64,000 bases of DNA from Bacteroidales bacterium (GTDB taxonomy: Bacteria; Bacteroidota; Bacteroidia; Bacteroidales; VadinHA17): NCBI GenBank assembly GCA_035530535.1, contig DATKUS010000156.1, positions 188-64,187 of the forward strand, read 5' to 3'. The notes under the pieces were generated by a model. It had not been told where the DNA came from. It made no database searches and was given only the letters and a program-made list of their open reading frames with translations. Each line of letters starts with the position of its first letter. Position 1 is the stretch's first letter. The translations under genes and the position numbers were made by a program. This document shows positions 28,703 through 38,798 of the stretch, in pieces.

Positions 28703-31512
28703 AAGAGAATAACGAAGATAAAAGACTGTTCCTGCTTGACGCATATGCCCTGATATTCAGGTCATATTATGCATTTATCAGGAATCCGCGAATAACCACT
28801 GGCGGAATGAACACTTCCGCGGTTTTTGGATTTCTTCTGACCCTTGAAGATCTGCTGACAAAACAGAGACCAACACATATTGCTGTTGTATTCGATCCCC
28901 CGGGGCCCACATTCAGGAATGAGATTTATCCGGAATACAAGGCCAACAGAGACGCCACCCCGGAAGACATAAAAATAGCGGTGCCGTATATAAAAAGACT
29001 CCTTGAAGGTTTTCGCATTCCGGTCATTGAGGTGGCCGGATTTGAGGCCGATGATGTTATTGGCACTCTTGCACGCAAGGCTTCTGAGGCCGGCTTTACT
29101 ACTTATATGATGACTCCGGACAAGGACTTTGCCCAGCTGGTGACAGAAAAAGTAATGATGTACAGGCCTGGCCGAAGCGGCGGTGAAGCTGAGATATGGG
29201 GGCCCACAGAAATAGTAAGAGAATACGGGGTTAAGCCGGAATCTATTATTGATTTACTGGGTCTTATGGGCGACACGTCCGATAATATTCCGGGAGCACC
29301 CGGAATAGGGCCAATAACGGCACGTAAGCTCATCACAGAGTTCGGGGGCATAGAGAGTCTTCTTGAGAGCACATCAAGGCTCTCCGGCAAGCAAAAGGAG
29401 GCCGTGGAGGAAAACCGTGACCAGATATTACTCTCCAAACGACTCGCAACTATAGAGCAAAATGTTCCGGTGGAATTCAGACACGAACTGTTTCACAGGC
29501 GTGAGGCAGACATCGCTAAACTGAAACTATTGTACGAGGAGCTTGAGTTCCGTACCATGGCTTCAAAACTTGATAAAACTGCCACCCTCCCGGCTCAGTC
29601 ATCAGAACAGGGGCCGGTTACCTTAAATGAGACCAGGCGGCCGGCAGACAATCAACAGGGTTCTCTTTTCGATGTGCCTCAGCAGGCCTTTTCAGAAGAG
29701 AGGCAATCCATTAAAACCACTGAGCATAAATATGTTCTTGTTGAAGATCTCTCCGGCGCAAAGAGCCTGGCTTCAATCCTGGGCAGTCTTAAGGAGTTCT
29801 GCTTCGATACTGAAACAACATCTCTTGACACACTGAATACGGAACTGGTAGCAGTGGCCTTCAGCTGGGAAAAGGGGACTGGAACTCTCCTCTGGCTGCC
29901 CTCAGAAAGGAAAGCGGCACAGGAGCTGCTCGCTCCCCTGAAGCCTGTCTTTGAAAACAGCATGATCGGCAAGACAGGGCAGAACCTGAAGTTTGACATC
30001 CAGGTACTGTCATGTTACGGCATAAATGTCAATGGCCCTCTTTTTGACACAATGATAGCGCATTACCTTCTGGAACCCGACATGAGACACAACCTGGATC
30101 TCCTGTCGGGAAAATACCTTCGTTACAGGCCGGTTCCCATAGAAGATCTCATTGGTGAGAGAGGTCCCAGGCAAAAAACGATGCGCGAGGTGGAAAAGGA
30201 AAAGATACGGGAATATTCGGTTGAAGATGCCGATGTGACCTGGCAGCTGAAGGAGACATTTGAGCCATTACTCCGCAGCCAGGGCCTTGAAAAACTCGCC
30301 GGTGAAATAGAAATGCCACTGATTAAGGTACTGGCCAGGATGGAGAGAGAAGGTATCCGGATAAATGTGGAGGTGCTGAAGAGCTTTGCCATCTCCCTCA
30401 GGGAGACGATCATCAGGCTTGAAAAAGAGATATATGACCTTGCCGGGCAGGAGTTTAACATATCATCACCCAGGCAGCTGGGCGACATACTCTTCATAAG
30501 GCTGAAACTGGATGATAATGCCAGGCTGACAAAAACAAAGCAGTACCGTACAGACGAAGAGGTGCTTCAACGGCTTTCTTCAAAACACCAGGTTATTGGC
30601 AAGGTACTTGAGTTCCGGGGACTGAAAAAGCTTCTTTCAACCTATGTTGAGTCACTGCCGGAGCTTATTGACAAGAGAACGGGCAGGATACACACCACAT
30701 ATAATCAGGCTGTTGCTTCTACCGGAAGACTCAGTTCAACAAATCCGAACCTGCAGAATATTCCTGTGCGTGACGAGGAGGGGAGAGAGATCAGGCGGGC
30801 ATTTATCCCCGATCCAGGAAAGATATTTCTCAGTGCAGACTATTCACAGATTGAACTCAGGCTTATGGCACACCTGAGCGGAGACCAGGGAATGATAGCC
30901 GACTTCCTGTCAGGACAGGACATACATGCAGCTACGGCTTCAAAAATATTCGGTGTGCCTGTTGGTGATGTTACGCGAGAAATGAGGGCGAAAGCGAAGA
31001 CCGCCAACTTCGGTATCATTTACGGAATATCTGCTTTCGGGCTTTCTGAAAGGCTCAACATAGGAAGAAAAGATGCCAGAGAGCTTATTGACGGCTACTT
31101 TGCATCATATCCCGGTGTGAAAAAATATATGGATGAGAGCATCCGCAAAGCCAGGGAAGCGGGTTATGTTACAACGATGTTCGGCAGGCGCCGGTATGTT
31201 CCGGATATACACTCGCGAAGCCAGGTCGTGCGTGGCAATGCCGAAAGAAACGCGATAAATGCACCATTGCAGGGCAGCGCCGCGGATATTATTAAGATTG
31301 CGATGGTCAGGATAGCGGAACGGCTTGACAATGAGATGCCTGAGGCAAAAATGATCCTCCAGGTGCATGACGAACTTATTTTTGAAGTCACCGTCAGTGA
31401 CACTGAGAGACTTAGCAATATCGTGACGGAAGAAATGAAAGGGGCGGCATCTCTCGCCGTACAACTTGAGGTGGATACCGGCACTGGTTATAACTGGCTT
31501 GAGGCCCATTAA
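28678..31512 (+). CDS. polA: DNA polymerase I
   Basis: 5'-nuclease domain (LLDAYALIFRSYYA), 3'-5' exo domain and polymerase motifs A (DYSQIELR), B (RAKAKTANFGIIYG) and C (QVHDEL). Start is GTG at 28678 or GTG at 28699 (GTGA overlap with the queD stop). Confidence 0.95.
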   Translation: MACIRQQVKENNEDKRLFLLDAYALIFRSYYAFIRNPRITTGGMNTSAVFGFLLTLEDLLTKQRPTHIAVVFDPPGPTFRNEIYPEYKANRDATPEDIKIAVPYIKRLLEGFRIPVIEVAGFEADDVIGTLARKASEAGFTTYMMTPDKDFAQLVTEKVMMYRPGRSGGEAEIWGPTEIVREYGVKPESIIDLLGLMGDTSDNIPGAPGIGPITARKLITEFGGIESLLESTSRLSGKQKEAVEENRDQILLSKRLATIEQNVPVEFRHELFHRREADIAKLKLLYEELEFRTMASKLDKTATLPAQSSEQGPVTLNETRRPADNQQGSLFDVPQQAFSEERQSIKTTEHKYVLVEDLSGAKSLASILGSLKEFCFDTETTSLDTLNTELVAVAFSWEKGTGTLLWLPSERKAAQELLAPLKPVFENSMIGKTGQNLKFDIQVLSCYGINVNGPLFDTMIAHYLLEPDMRHNLDLLSGKYLRYRPVPIEDLIGERGPRQKTMREVEKEKIREYSVEDADVTWQLKETFEPLLRSQGLEKLAGEIEMPLIKVLARMEREGIRINVEVLKSFAISLRETIIRLEKEIYDLAGQEFNISSPRQLGDILFIRLKLDDNARLTKTKQYRTDEEVLQRLSSKHQVIGKVLEFRGLKKLLSTYVESLPELIDKRTGRIHTTYNQAVASTGRLSSTNPNLQNIPVRDEEGREIRRAFIPDPGKIFLSADYSQIELRLMAHLSGDQGMIADFLSGQDIHAATASKIFGVPVGDVTREMRAKAKTANFGIIYGISAFGLSERLNIGRKDARELIDGYFASYPGVKKYMDESIRKAREAGYVTTMFGRRRYVPDIHSRSQVVRGNAERNAINAPLQGSAADIIKIAMVRIAERLDNEMPEAKMILQVHDELIFEVTVSDTERLSNIVTEEMKGAASLAVQLEVDTGTGYNWLEAH

Positions 31513-31523
31513 AGACAGAGGAA

Positions 31524-31751
31524 ATGATAAAGGTTTTATATTTCGGCATTGCACAGGAGATTGCAGGCAAAACCGGGGAGGAGTTCGGAGTTGAAAGCAC
31601 TACCGGTCTGCGCCGACAGATTTACGAAAAATATCCACGAATGAAAACAGTTGTTTTCAGGCTTGCGCTTAACGGAACAATGCTTACTACAGACACTTCA
31701 CTGAAAGATAACGACATAATTGCATTACTTCCCCCGTTTGCCGGAGGCTGA
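31524..31751 (+). CDS. moaD: MoaD/ThiS family sulfur carrier protein
   Basis: 75 aa, beta-grasp size, C-terminal Gly-Gly (..PPFAGG). Confidence 0.75.
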   Translation: MIKVLYFGIAQEIAGKTGEEFGVESTTGLRRQIYEKYPRMKTVVFRLALNGTMLTTDTSLKDNDIIALLPPFAGG

Positions 31752-31763
31752 TAAATAATCAAA

Positions 31764-32189
31764 ATGAAACAAAGACACCTGGTTGACGGACCATTGACTA
31801 CGTTATTGATTTCCGAACTCTTAACCCTCGGAAATGAAGATACAGGGGCAGGAGCGCTTTCTCTTTTCATTGGAAGAGTCAGGGATGACGAACAGGAAGG
31901 AAGGAAGGTGACCGCCATTGAATATTCAGCATATCCGGAAATGGCCGAGAAGGAGACGGATGTCATTATAGACATCGTGAGATCTGCGTTCAACGATGTC
32001 AGAAATATAATAATAGTTCATTCTACCGGCATGGTTAAAGCCGGGGAGGCATCGCTTTTCATTATGATAACGGCCGGACATCGTGATCAGGCCACCCGTG
32101 CCTGCCGGCATGCGCTTGAGATGGTAAAGGATCGGCTACCTGTATGGAAGAAAGAGCACTTCAGTGACTCTGCCGAAAAGTGGAAATGA
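31764..32189 (+). CDS. moaE: molybdopterin synthase catalytic subunit
   Basis: 141 aa with G..F.G.VR, EY.AY..MA and P.WKKE motifs of MoaE. Confidence 0.8.
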   Translation: MKQRHLVDGPLTTLLISELLTLGNEDTGAGALSLFIGRVRDDEQEGRKVTAIEYSAYPEMAEKETDVIIDIVRSAFNDVRNIIIVHSTGMVKAGEASLFIMITAGHRDQATRACRHALEMVKDRLPVWKKEHFSDSAEKWK

Positions 32190-32204
32190 CACCAGCCCGG
32201 GTGA

Positions 32205-33875
32205 TCAGCGTCCCGGAACGTTAAGAAAGGACGAGTACGAAGTATTGTTTGCAGCAATACCGACAGCTTCGGTTACCTGTTTGTCAAAAGGAAGAGAATA
32301 TCTTACGGCTCCGGCATCATAGAAATATCTTCCGACAAGCTCTGACTCAATCAGCCCGGCAACATCCTTTTTTTGGTTTCTGAGATCATTATCAAGATTA
32401 TGGGAAACACCCTTTCGTAGCTCCTCAATAGTGCCGGAGTTTACCTCATAAAGGCCCTCGCTTTTTGTCAGGGAAACAACCTCTTCAAGGGCCGTCTCTG
32501 AATCTGTCTTATAGGAGAAGTTTTTCTTCCTGAGGAATTCGCCGAATTGTTCAAGATCAGCTTCATTGATTATCAGGCTGTCAGGGTTTGCCGGGACGGG
32601 GTGAGACCAGTAATATTCCGTTGCAAAATCAAATATCATATTCTGGATATATAGCTCACTTGTGAACCGTGTAAGCATTTCTGAAGGTACGGTCTTATCA
32701 GGGATAATACCGCCGCCGTCCTTAACTTCCCTTCCGTTTTTTGTTTTGAATGTTTTAATCAGCGAATCAGGAATATGTCCCACACTGCCGTCCTCATTGG
32801 GGTGTGAAAAATCCACCGCCTGTATGCATCGTCCGCTGGGGATATAGTATTTTGCGGTTGTCACCTTCAGTTCAGCTTTATAGCTTAGCGGCCGGGCTAC
32901 CTGCACCAGGCCCTTTCCATAGGACCGTTCTCCCAGGATCACTCCCCGGTCAAGATCCTGAATTGCACCTGCCACAATCTCTGAGGCTGAAGCTGAGGCC
33001 CTGTTAATAAGGATTATTAGGGGCATGTCAGGGGCAACGGGATTTCTCTGAGTTTTGAAAACTGCGTCGTACTGTTTTACCCTTCCCCGGGTACTGACAA
33101 CCTCCTGTCCAGGCTTTACGAAAAGGTTTACAATTTCAACGGCTTCCGAGACAAGTCCTCCGGGATTGTTTCGCAGATCGAGGATCAGGGTTGTAGCTCC
33201 CTGGTTCTCTTTGAGGTCTATGAGAGCATCCCTTACTTCCGTAATGCAGTTTTGCGTAAAACTGGTGAAACGGATATATCCGGTGGTGCCGCCAACCATC
33301 CCATAATAGGGAACAGCCGGAATCGAGATCTTCTCGCGGTTTAGCCTGACGGTAAACTCTTTACTGTTCCTGAGCAGTGTCAGTTCTGCAACAGAACCCG
33401 GGTCTCCCTTGAGCATATCGGAAGCTTTGTCAGAGGCAACGCCCTTGAGAGATTTACCGTCTATACTTAGCATAATATCCCCGGGTTTAATCCCATTTTT
33501 ATCTGCAGGAAATCCTTTATAAATATTGGTTACCACAATGTAATCTCCTGATTTTCTGATAAGTGAACCAAATCCGCCATATTTGCCGGTAGTCATAAAG
33601 TCAAGGTCACTTACATCATCCTGGGGGTAATAAACCGTATACGGATCAAGCGTTGCAAGCATCCCGTCAATGCTTGTTTTAACCAGCTTTTCCGGATCGA
33701 TCTCGTCAACGTAAAAAGCATTCAGCTCCCTGAAGAGAGAGATGTAAATATCAATATTCTTTGTGAGCCTGAAATCTTTTTCCTGCTGATCTGCTATCAG
33801 AAAGCCCAATGTAAAAATGGCTACAGCGGCAGTTGCCAGTATGATGACGGTCTTTTTTGGTTTTATCAGGTTCAT
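32205..33875 (-). CDS. S41 family C-terminal processing peptidase
   Basis: PDZ domain, then LDLRNNPGG, NRASASASE (catalytic Ser region) and SYGKG (Lys). Confidence 0.9.
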   Translation of the reverse strand: MNLIKPKKTVIILATAAVAIFTLGFLIADQQEKDFRLTKNIDIYISLFRELNAFYVDEIDPEKLVKTSIDGMLATLDPYTVYYPQDDVSDLDFMTTGKYGGFGSLIRKSGDYIVVTNIYKGFPADKNGIKPGDIMLSIDGKSLKGVASDKASDMLKGDPGSVAELTLLRNSKEFTVRLNREKISIPAVPYYGMVGGTTGYIRFTSFTQNCITEVRDALIDLKENQGATTLILDLRNNPGGLVSEAVEIVNLFVKPGQEVVSTRGRVKQYDAVFKTQRNPVAPDMPLIILINRASASASEIVAGAIQDLDRGVILGERSYGKGLVQVARPLSYKAELKVTTAKYYIPSGRCIQAVDFSHPNEDGSVGHIPDSLIKTFKTKNGREVKDGGGIIPDKTVPSEMLTRFTSELYIQNMIFDFATEYYWSHPVPANPDSLIINEADLEQFGEFLRKKNFSYKTDSETALEEVVSLTKSEGLYEVNSGTIEELRKGVSHNLDNDLRNQKKDVAGLIESELVGRYFYDAGAVRYSLPFDKQVTEAVGIAANNTSYSSFLNVPGR

Positions 33876-33904
33876 GAGAAATGATTTTACGCAAAGTTAA
33901 CGGT

Positions 33905-34321
33905 TCACTTTATTCGGGTCAGTTTCCCTATCAAATCCTTTACAGACTCTTCTATCTGTTTATATTCTGCAGGCTCGGGGTCACTCCAGATAACAGCCAT
34001 GTCGATGTGCCGCCCGCTTTTTACCAGGAAGTCAATAAGCGGCATTTTGTTTTTCCTGTAAGCCTCTTTTATTCTTCTACGGAGAAGATTGCGCATAACG
34101 GCCTTCTTGAAATAACGCTTTGGCACTGAGATCAGGAGTCGTACAGGAGAGAGCTCCGGGCTGCTGTCGGTCACTGAAAAGAGTGCCCTGAAGCAGCTAA
34201 GGCGCAATGGCTTGCCTGTGGCAAAAAGGTCATTTATTGGCTTAATGCCGCATAGTCTTTCACTTTTGGTGAAAGAGGCCTTACCTTTTGTTTTTATTGA
34301 AATCTCTGATGAAGCAGTCAA
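33905..34321 (-). CDS. rnpA: ribonuclease P protein component
   Basis: FTKSERL.. start and basic motif AVMRNLLRRRIKEAYR. The first ATG overlaps the hemD 3' end by 41 nt. Confidence 0.8.
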   Translation of the reverse strand: MTASSEISIKTKGKASFTKSERLCGIKPINDLFATGKPLRLSCFRALFSVTDSSPELSPVRLLISVPKRYFKKAVMRNLLRRRIKEAYRKNKMPLIDFLVKSGRHIDMAVIWSDPEPAEYKQIEESVKDLIGKLTRIK

Positions 34322-35051
34322 GGGCCATTGTCATTGAAGGAGCCTTCGGGTTCGGAGCCTGTATGTCCAGTCGGAAGCCCTCATTGGTCACTGCTTCTGC
34401 CGTTGTCGGACCGAAGGCAGCCATTTTTATCTCGCCCTGGGTAAAGGAGGGGAAGTTTTCTTTAAGCGATTTAATCCCGGACGGACTGTAAAAGACAAGG
34501 ATATCATAATCCAGGTCTTCGGAGTCAAATCCCCGGCTTATAGTGCGGTACATGGAGCCCACGGCGAACCTGACATTGTTTTTTGTCAGAAGGTCAGGAA
34601 TGTCGGTTTTGTGAGGTTCTGAAAGAGGAACAAAAAAGTTCTCCTCTTTATGCTTGACTATCATATCAATCAAATCCTCAAACTTTGCCTTGCCGTGAAA
34701 TATCTTTCGTTTCCGGTAGACGATGTACTTCTGCAGATAGAAAGCGACGTTCTCAGTGATGCAGAAATATTTCATATTGTCAGGAATCGTTATCCGCATT
34801 TCTTCGGCTATCCTGAAAAAATGATCTATAGCCGTCTTGGAAGAGAAGACCACCGCCGTGAAATCCGGAATATTTATCTTTTGCTGGCGGAAATCCTTGG
34901 CAGAAATTCCTTCAACCAGAATGAACGGCCTGAAGTCTATCTTCAGATTGTATTTTTTGGCGAGCTCGAAATATGGTGATTTCGGATTGTTTGGCTCAGG
35001 CTGCGACACTAATACCTTCCTTATCTTCAAAGCCATAAGTTTTAAGTTCAA
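34281..35051 (-). CDS. hemD: uroporphyrinogen-III synthase
   Basis: 256 aa with HEM4-like two-lobe periodicity (FTS..A, FSPSG). The neighbourhood with rnpA and DUF4271 is as in other Bacteroidales. Confidence 0.7.
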   Translation of the reverse strand: MNLKLMALKIRKVLVSQPEPNNPKSPYFELAKKYNLKIDFRPFILVEGISAKDFRQQKINIPDFTAVVFSSKTAIDHFFRIAEEMRITIPDNMKYFCITENVAFYLQKYIVYRKRKIFHGKAKFEDLIDMIVKHKEENFFVPLSEPHKTDIPDLLTKNNVRFAVGSMYRTISRGFDSEDLDYDILVFYSPSGIKSLKENFPSFTQGEIKMAAFGPTTAEAVTNEGFRLDIQAPNPKAPSMTMALDCFIRDFNKNKR

Positions 35052-35072
35052 CCTCCACTTTCCCTTCTGTCT

Positions 35073-35936
35073 CTAAAATACACTGAGTATTTTTAATACT
35101 ATCAGGACAGGCAGGATTTCAAGGGCACAAAGGTATAAAATGAAATATAATAATGGTACACGTCTTATGATAAAAATGTTTAACAGCCTGATTGTCCGCA
35201 GTAAAAGAAGAAAAACAAAAAGGGCGGCGCCGGCATAAATAATGATAACAGGCGTCCTTACCGGCAAAAATAGAATTACGGAAGACAATGCAAATGAGCA
35301 TAGGGCAGCAATAAACCACGTATTATACACAACAGACACATATTCCATGAAAAGTTTTTTCTGTCCGGAGACAGAAGCAACAATTATGCATGTAATGTGC
35401 CTGAAGAGAAGAACTCCCGCTAATATTACGAAACAAATGGCGGTGGTCTTTATCATTTCAACTCCTGGCATTGGCGCAACAATCCCCGTATAAACCGCTG
35501 CTATTGCTGCAAAGAGGCTTATGCTAAACAAGGTGAACAGGTTCATTACCAGTGGAGGCCATGAAATTATTACAGAAGACGAAAGAGAAGACAATTCGTG
35601 CTGACGCTTCAGGAGGATGGACAAAAAGCTTTCTCTCAGGCTTTTTCTTGCAAAAGCTGATAAAACAGTAATGAGTACAAAGGAGAGTGTCAGTATCCCG
35701 AAACTGAAGTCGGTGTTTAGAAGGCTGTCAGGGACAGGCTGTCCCGGGTCACGCTTTTTGAACTCATATAGTTCGCGCTGCCCGGTAGCGGAAGTTGTTT
35801 TGATCAGGTTAACCGTGGGTTTTTCTTCAATGGGAATAATTTTGCCAAACAGGAATTCAGCCTGAGGTATAGTGTCCATGACACTGCCCGCTGCGGCCGA
35901 AAAGGTGCTGTCTGTGGATTGCTCATCCATATGCAA
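35073..35936 (-). CDS. DUF4271-like multi-pass membrane protein
   Basis: Six to seven TM helices after a soluble N-terminus, positioned upstream of hemD. The family label is from memory. Confidence 0.5.
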   Translation of the reverse strand: MHMDEQSTDSTFSAAAGSVMDTIPQAEFLFGKIIPIEEKPTVNLIKTTSATGQRELYEFKKRDPGQPVPDSLLNTDFSFGILTLSFVLITVLSAFARKSLRESFLSILLKRQHELSSLSSSVIISWPPLVMNLFTLFSISLFAAIAAVYTGIVAPMPGVEMIKTTAICFVILAGVLLFRHITCIIVASVSGQKKLFMEYVSVVYNTWFIAALCSFALSSVILFLPVRTPVIIIYAGAALFVFLLLLRTIRLLNIFIIRRVPLLYFILYLCALEILPVLIVLKILSVF

Positions 35937-35938
35937 AA

Positions 35939-36811
35939 TCAGAAATAACCCGGCTTGTCAGGAAAGAGCTCATGCAGCAGACTGTTAGCCAGCCTGCTGG
36001 CTCCGATTCTGAACAAGGTTGGGTCAAGCCATTTTTCCCCAAGCACTTTTTTTACAATGTTGTAATAAAGCATCGCATCATCAGGTGTGGTTATCCCTCC
36101 GGCCGCCTTGAAACCAATCATAATACCGGTTTCATTGAAATAGTCGAGTATTGCCCTGCACATGACCCAGGCAGCCTCAGGAGTGGCAGAGACAGGGCTT
36201 TTTCCTGTTGAAGTCTTGATAAAGTCAGCGCCTGACTCCATTGCAATTACTGAAGCCCTGTAAATAAGCTCACAGTTTTTCAAGACCCCTGTTTCAAGAA
36301 TCACTTTCAGGGTGGCCTCACCGGCAGCCTGCCGGATTGTTTTCAGCTCCTCAATTACCGCTTCGTAGTCCCCGTCAAGGAGCGTTCCTACCGGCATTAC
36401 AATATCAATCTCATCAGCCCCGTTCCTGACGGCAATATCTGTTTCATTCATCTTCACCTCAAGGAATGTCTGGGATGTGGGGAATGAAGCTGAAACCACC
36501 GCCAAACTTACCCCGCAACCGTTGAGCCCACGAAGAGCCGTCTGAACAAAATTGGGGAAGACGCATACGGCAGCCACATTTTTCATCCCTGGAAAGTGAA
36601 GGCTAAATGAGCTTACTTTCTCTGTGAAATCTTTAATTATTCGCGGGTTGTCAGTTATGTTGAGGCTGGTGAGGTCAAGGAAAGAAAAAAGAGCCCTGAG
36701 TACTTCTGCCCTTTCTTCACCGGTATAAGAGACCATAGACTCTCCGATACCACGTCTGACCTCGTCAGAGGAGATACTGGACTTTAGCAGTTTCTGATAT
36801 AACTTTGTCAT
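35939..36811 (-). CDS. deoC: deoxyribose-phosphate aldolase (long form)
   Basis: Class I aldolase motifs DLTSL, ADEIDIV, FIKTSTGK (Schiff-base Lys) and KAAGGI. Confidence 0.85.
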   Translation of the reverse strand: MTKLYQKLLKSSISSDEVRRGIGESMVSYTGEERAEVLRALFSFLDLTSLNITDNPRIIKDFTEKVSSFSLHFPGMKNVAAVCVFPNFVQTALRGLNGCGVSLAVVSASFPTSQTFLEVKMNETDIAVRNGADEIDIVMPVGTLLDGDYEAVIEELKTIRQAAGEATLKVILETGVLKNCELIYRASVIAMESGADFIKTSTGKSPVSATPEAAWVMCRAILDYFNETGIMIGFKAAGGITTPDDAMLYYNIVKKVLGEKWLDPTLFRIGASRLANSLLHELFPDKPGYF

Positions 36812-36910
36812 AATCTGAATAATATAAATGGAGACAACGGTTATTAACCTCCATGTAAAACAGGGTCAATTTAACTTTTTTTGGTGAAACGCAATAAAAA
36901 AGCTAAAAAC

Positions 36911-38287
36911 CTATTTGTTCAGATTGGAATTACGGGCAAGAGAAGCAAAAATGCCTGCCACGCAGAGCACTGAAAATATTACAAACCCGGTCTTCATTCC
37001 TGCAAGCAGCTGGCTGTAATTGGATACACTGATCTTCTCCTGTCCCATGAAAAGTGCAAGCAGCATCATGGCTATACCCATGCTCATTGTCTGGCCAACC
37101 ATTCTCATAGTTCCTATCATACCTGAAGCATTTCCAAGCTGCTTCTTTTCAACAGAGCTCATGATGGCATTGGAGTTTGGTGAGGAGAAAAGTGAAAAAC
37201 CGAGGCCCATAAGAACGAGTAGGGAAATTATATAAACAAGAGATGTGGAATCCGAAAGAAAGCAGAGCAGAACAAGTCCTGCCGAGGTAAGCGCCATCCC
37301 CATCGAGGCCAGCACACCGGGATTGTACTTGTCTGAAAGCTTTCCTGCAGCAGGAGAGAGGAGAGCCATGGTTATGGGCCACGACATGAGAATAAATCCC
37401 GCGTCACGCGGCCCCATGCCTTTAATATACTGCAGGTAAAGACTGAGAAAAAAACCTATTGCGCTTGTGGCGGCATAATGAATCAGGGCGGCAAGGCTTG
37501 AGAATGCAAAGACCCTGTTCCTGAAAATAAGTGAGACATCAAACAAAGGATGCTCGGTTTTCGTTTCCCGGAACAGGAAAACCGGTACCAGGACAATACC
37601 TGCTGTGGTGAGCAACCACCCGGTGGCAGACGGCAGTTTTGAAAAACCGTACATGATTGCAGCAAGACAAACACCGTAAATGAGAGCTCCAGGCCAGTCA
37701 AAGCCCTCTCCCCTGGCATCAGCCCATTCCTCTTTCATTTTTTTGCGAATAAGTATCAGGCTTATAATCCCCATAGGAATTAAAAAGGCAAAAATGCTTC
37801 TCCAGCCCAGATAACGTGTAAGAATACCACCAAGGAAGGGGCCTGAAGAAAGTCCGATGTACACTGCCGTCACATTAATGCCCATTGCTTTGCCACGTTC
37901 TCCGGCAGGAAAAACAGCTGTAAGTATTGCCAGATTAGTGGCAAAAATCATTGCACTTGCAAGCCCCTGAACAATGCGGACAGTGATAAGAAAGGTAATT
38001 CCGGGAGTAAAGGAGAGCAGGATCATCGTCAGGGTGAAAAGCAGGATGCCGGCAAAGAATATTTTCTTGCGTCCGAGGATATCGCCAACACGGCCTGCAG
38101 GAAGAAGAAAGATCGCCGTTGAAAGCATGTAACTGCTGACTATCCAGTTGAGCGTGACGGCATTGGAACCGAACTCTGCTCCTATGGAGGGAAGAGCCAG
38201 GTTTACCGAGGAGCCCATAAAGGGTGTCAGAAACGAGGCAAAGGCTGTGACTGTCAGCACTGATCTTTTTAGCTCCCTGTCTGTCAT
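36911..38287 (-). CDS. MFS transporter (DHA2 / 14-TM drug:H+ antiporter-like)
   Basis: 458 aa with about 14 TM helices and the GRVGDILGRKK motif between TM2 and TM3. Confidence 0.8.
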   Translation of the reverse strand: MTDRELKRSVLTVTAFASFLTPFMGSSVNLALPSIGAEFGSNAVTLNWIVSSYMLSTAIFLLPAGRVGDILGRKKIFFAGILLFTLTMILLSFTPGITFLITVRIVQGLASAMIFATNLAILTAVFPAGERGKAMGINVTAVYIGLSSGPFLGGILTRYLGWRSIFAFLIPMGIISLILIRKKMKEEWADARGEGFDWPGALIYGVCLAAIMYGFSKLPSATGWLLTTAGIVLVPVFLFRETKTEHPLFDVSLIFRNRVFAFSSLAALIHYAATSAIGFFLSLYLQYIKGMGPRDAGFILMSWPITMALLSPAAGKLSDKYNPGVLASMGMALTSAGLVLLCFLSDSTSLVYIISLLVLMGLGFSLFSSPNSNAIMSSVEKKQLGNASGMIGTMRMVGQTMSMGIAMMLLALFMGQEKISVSNYSQLLAGMKTGFVIFSVLCVAGIFASLARNSNLNK

Positions 38288-38736
38288 TCTCTGTTTTTAC
38301 TGTCTATGAATATTGTTACAGGCCCGTTGTTGACAAGTTCTACGTCCATCATCGCCCCAAACCTGCCTGTCATTACTTTTCTGCCCAGCAGCCTTTCAGT
38401 TTCCCTGATGAACTGTTCATAAAGCGGGATGGCCTTTTCAGGTTTGGCAGCACGAATATATGAAGGCCTGTTCCCTCTTTTAGTCGACGCATGCAGTGTG
38501 AACTGGCTTATTACCATTATTTCTTTTCCAGCGTCATGGGCTGAAATGTTCATAACACCCGCTGTGTCATCAAAAATACGGAGACTGACCAGCCTGGGGG
38601 CCAGCCATAAAACATCCTGGTCTGTATCGGCCTCCTCTATGCCCAGGAAAACGAGTATACCGGGTCCCGTGGCGGAACATAATTCCCCGTCAATTGTTAC
38701 GGAGGCACGCTTTACTCTTTGAACCAGGATTCTCAT
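38284..38736 (-). CDS. dtd: D-aminoacyl-tRNA deacylase
   Basis: MRILVQRV, SQFTL and GxF motifs; 150 aa. Confidence 0.9.
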   Translation of the reverse strand: MRILVQRVKRASVTIDGELCSATGPGILVFLGIEEADTDQDVLWLAPRLVSLRIFDDTAGVMNISAHDAGKEIMVISQFTLHASTKRGNRPSYIRAAKPEKAIPLYEQFIRETERLLGRKVMTGRFGAMMDVELVNNGPVTIFIDSKNRE

Positions 38737-38772
38737 CTCTGAATATCGGGTTTAAAATTAGTAATAAATCAA

Positions 38773-38780
38773 TACTTTTG
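38773..38780 (+). promoter_or_regulatory. Bacteroidota -7 promoter element TACTTTTG
   Basis: Exact match to TAnnTTTG, 18 nt upstream of ATG 38799. Confidence 0.4.
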
Positions 38781-38798
38781 CTGCTAACGCTGTGACTG

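Noticed and set aside
34281-34321. 41-nt overlap between rnpA and the hemD 3' end as a possible sign of misannotation or frameshift
   Set aside because: rnpA has no alternative in-frame ATG near the expected start, and both proteins look full-length. Short overlaps are frequent in this compact window (13327, 13758, 15458, 16222, 18280, 24253, 38284, 62168). A non-ATG start for rnpA remains possible.
38737-38798. Expected yybP-ykoY manganese riboswitch upstream of mntP
   Set aside because: The intergenic gap is only 62 nt and holds a TAnnTTTG promoter element 18 nt from the ATG. That leaves no room for a riboswitch of about 100 nt.
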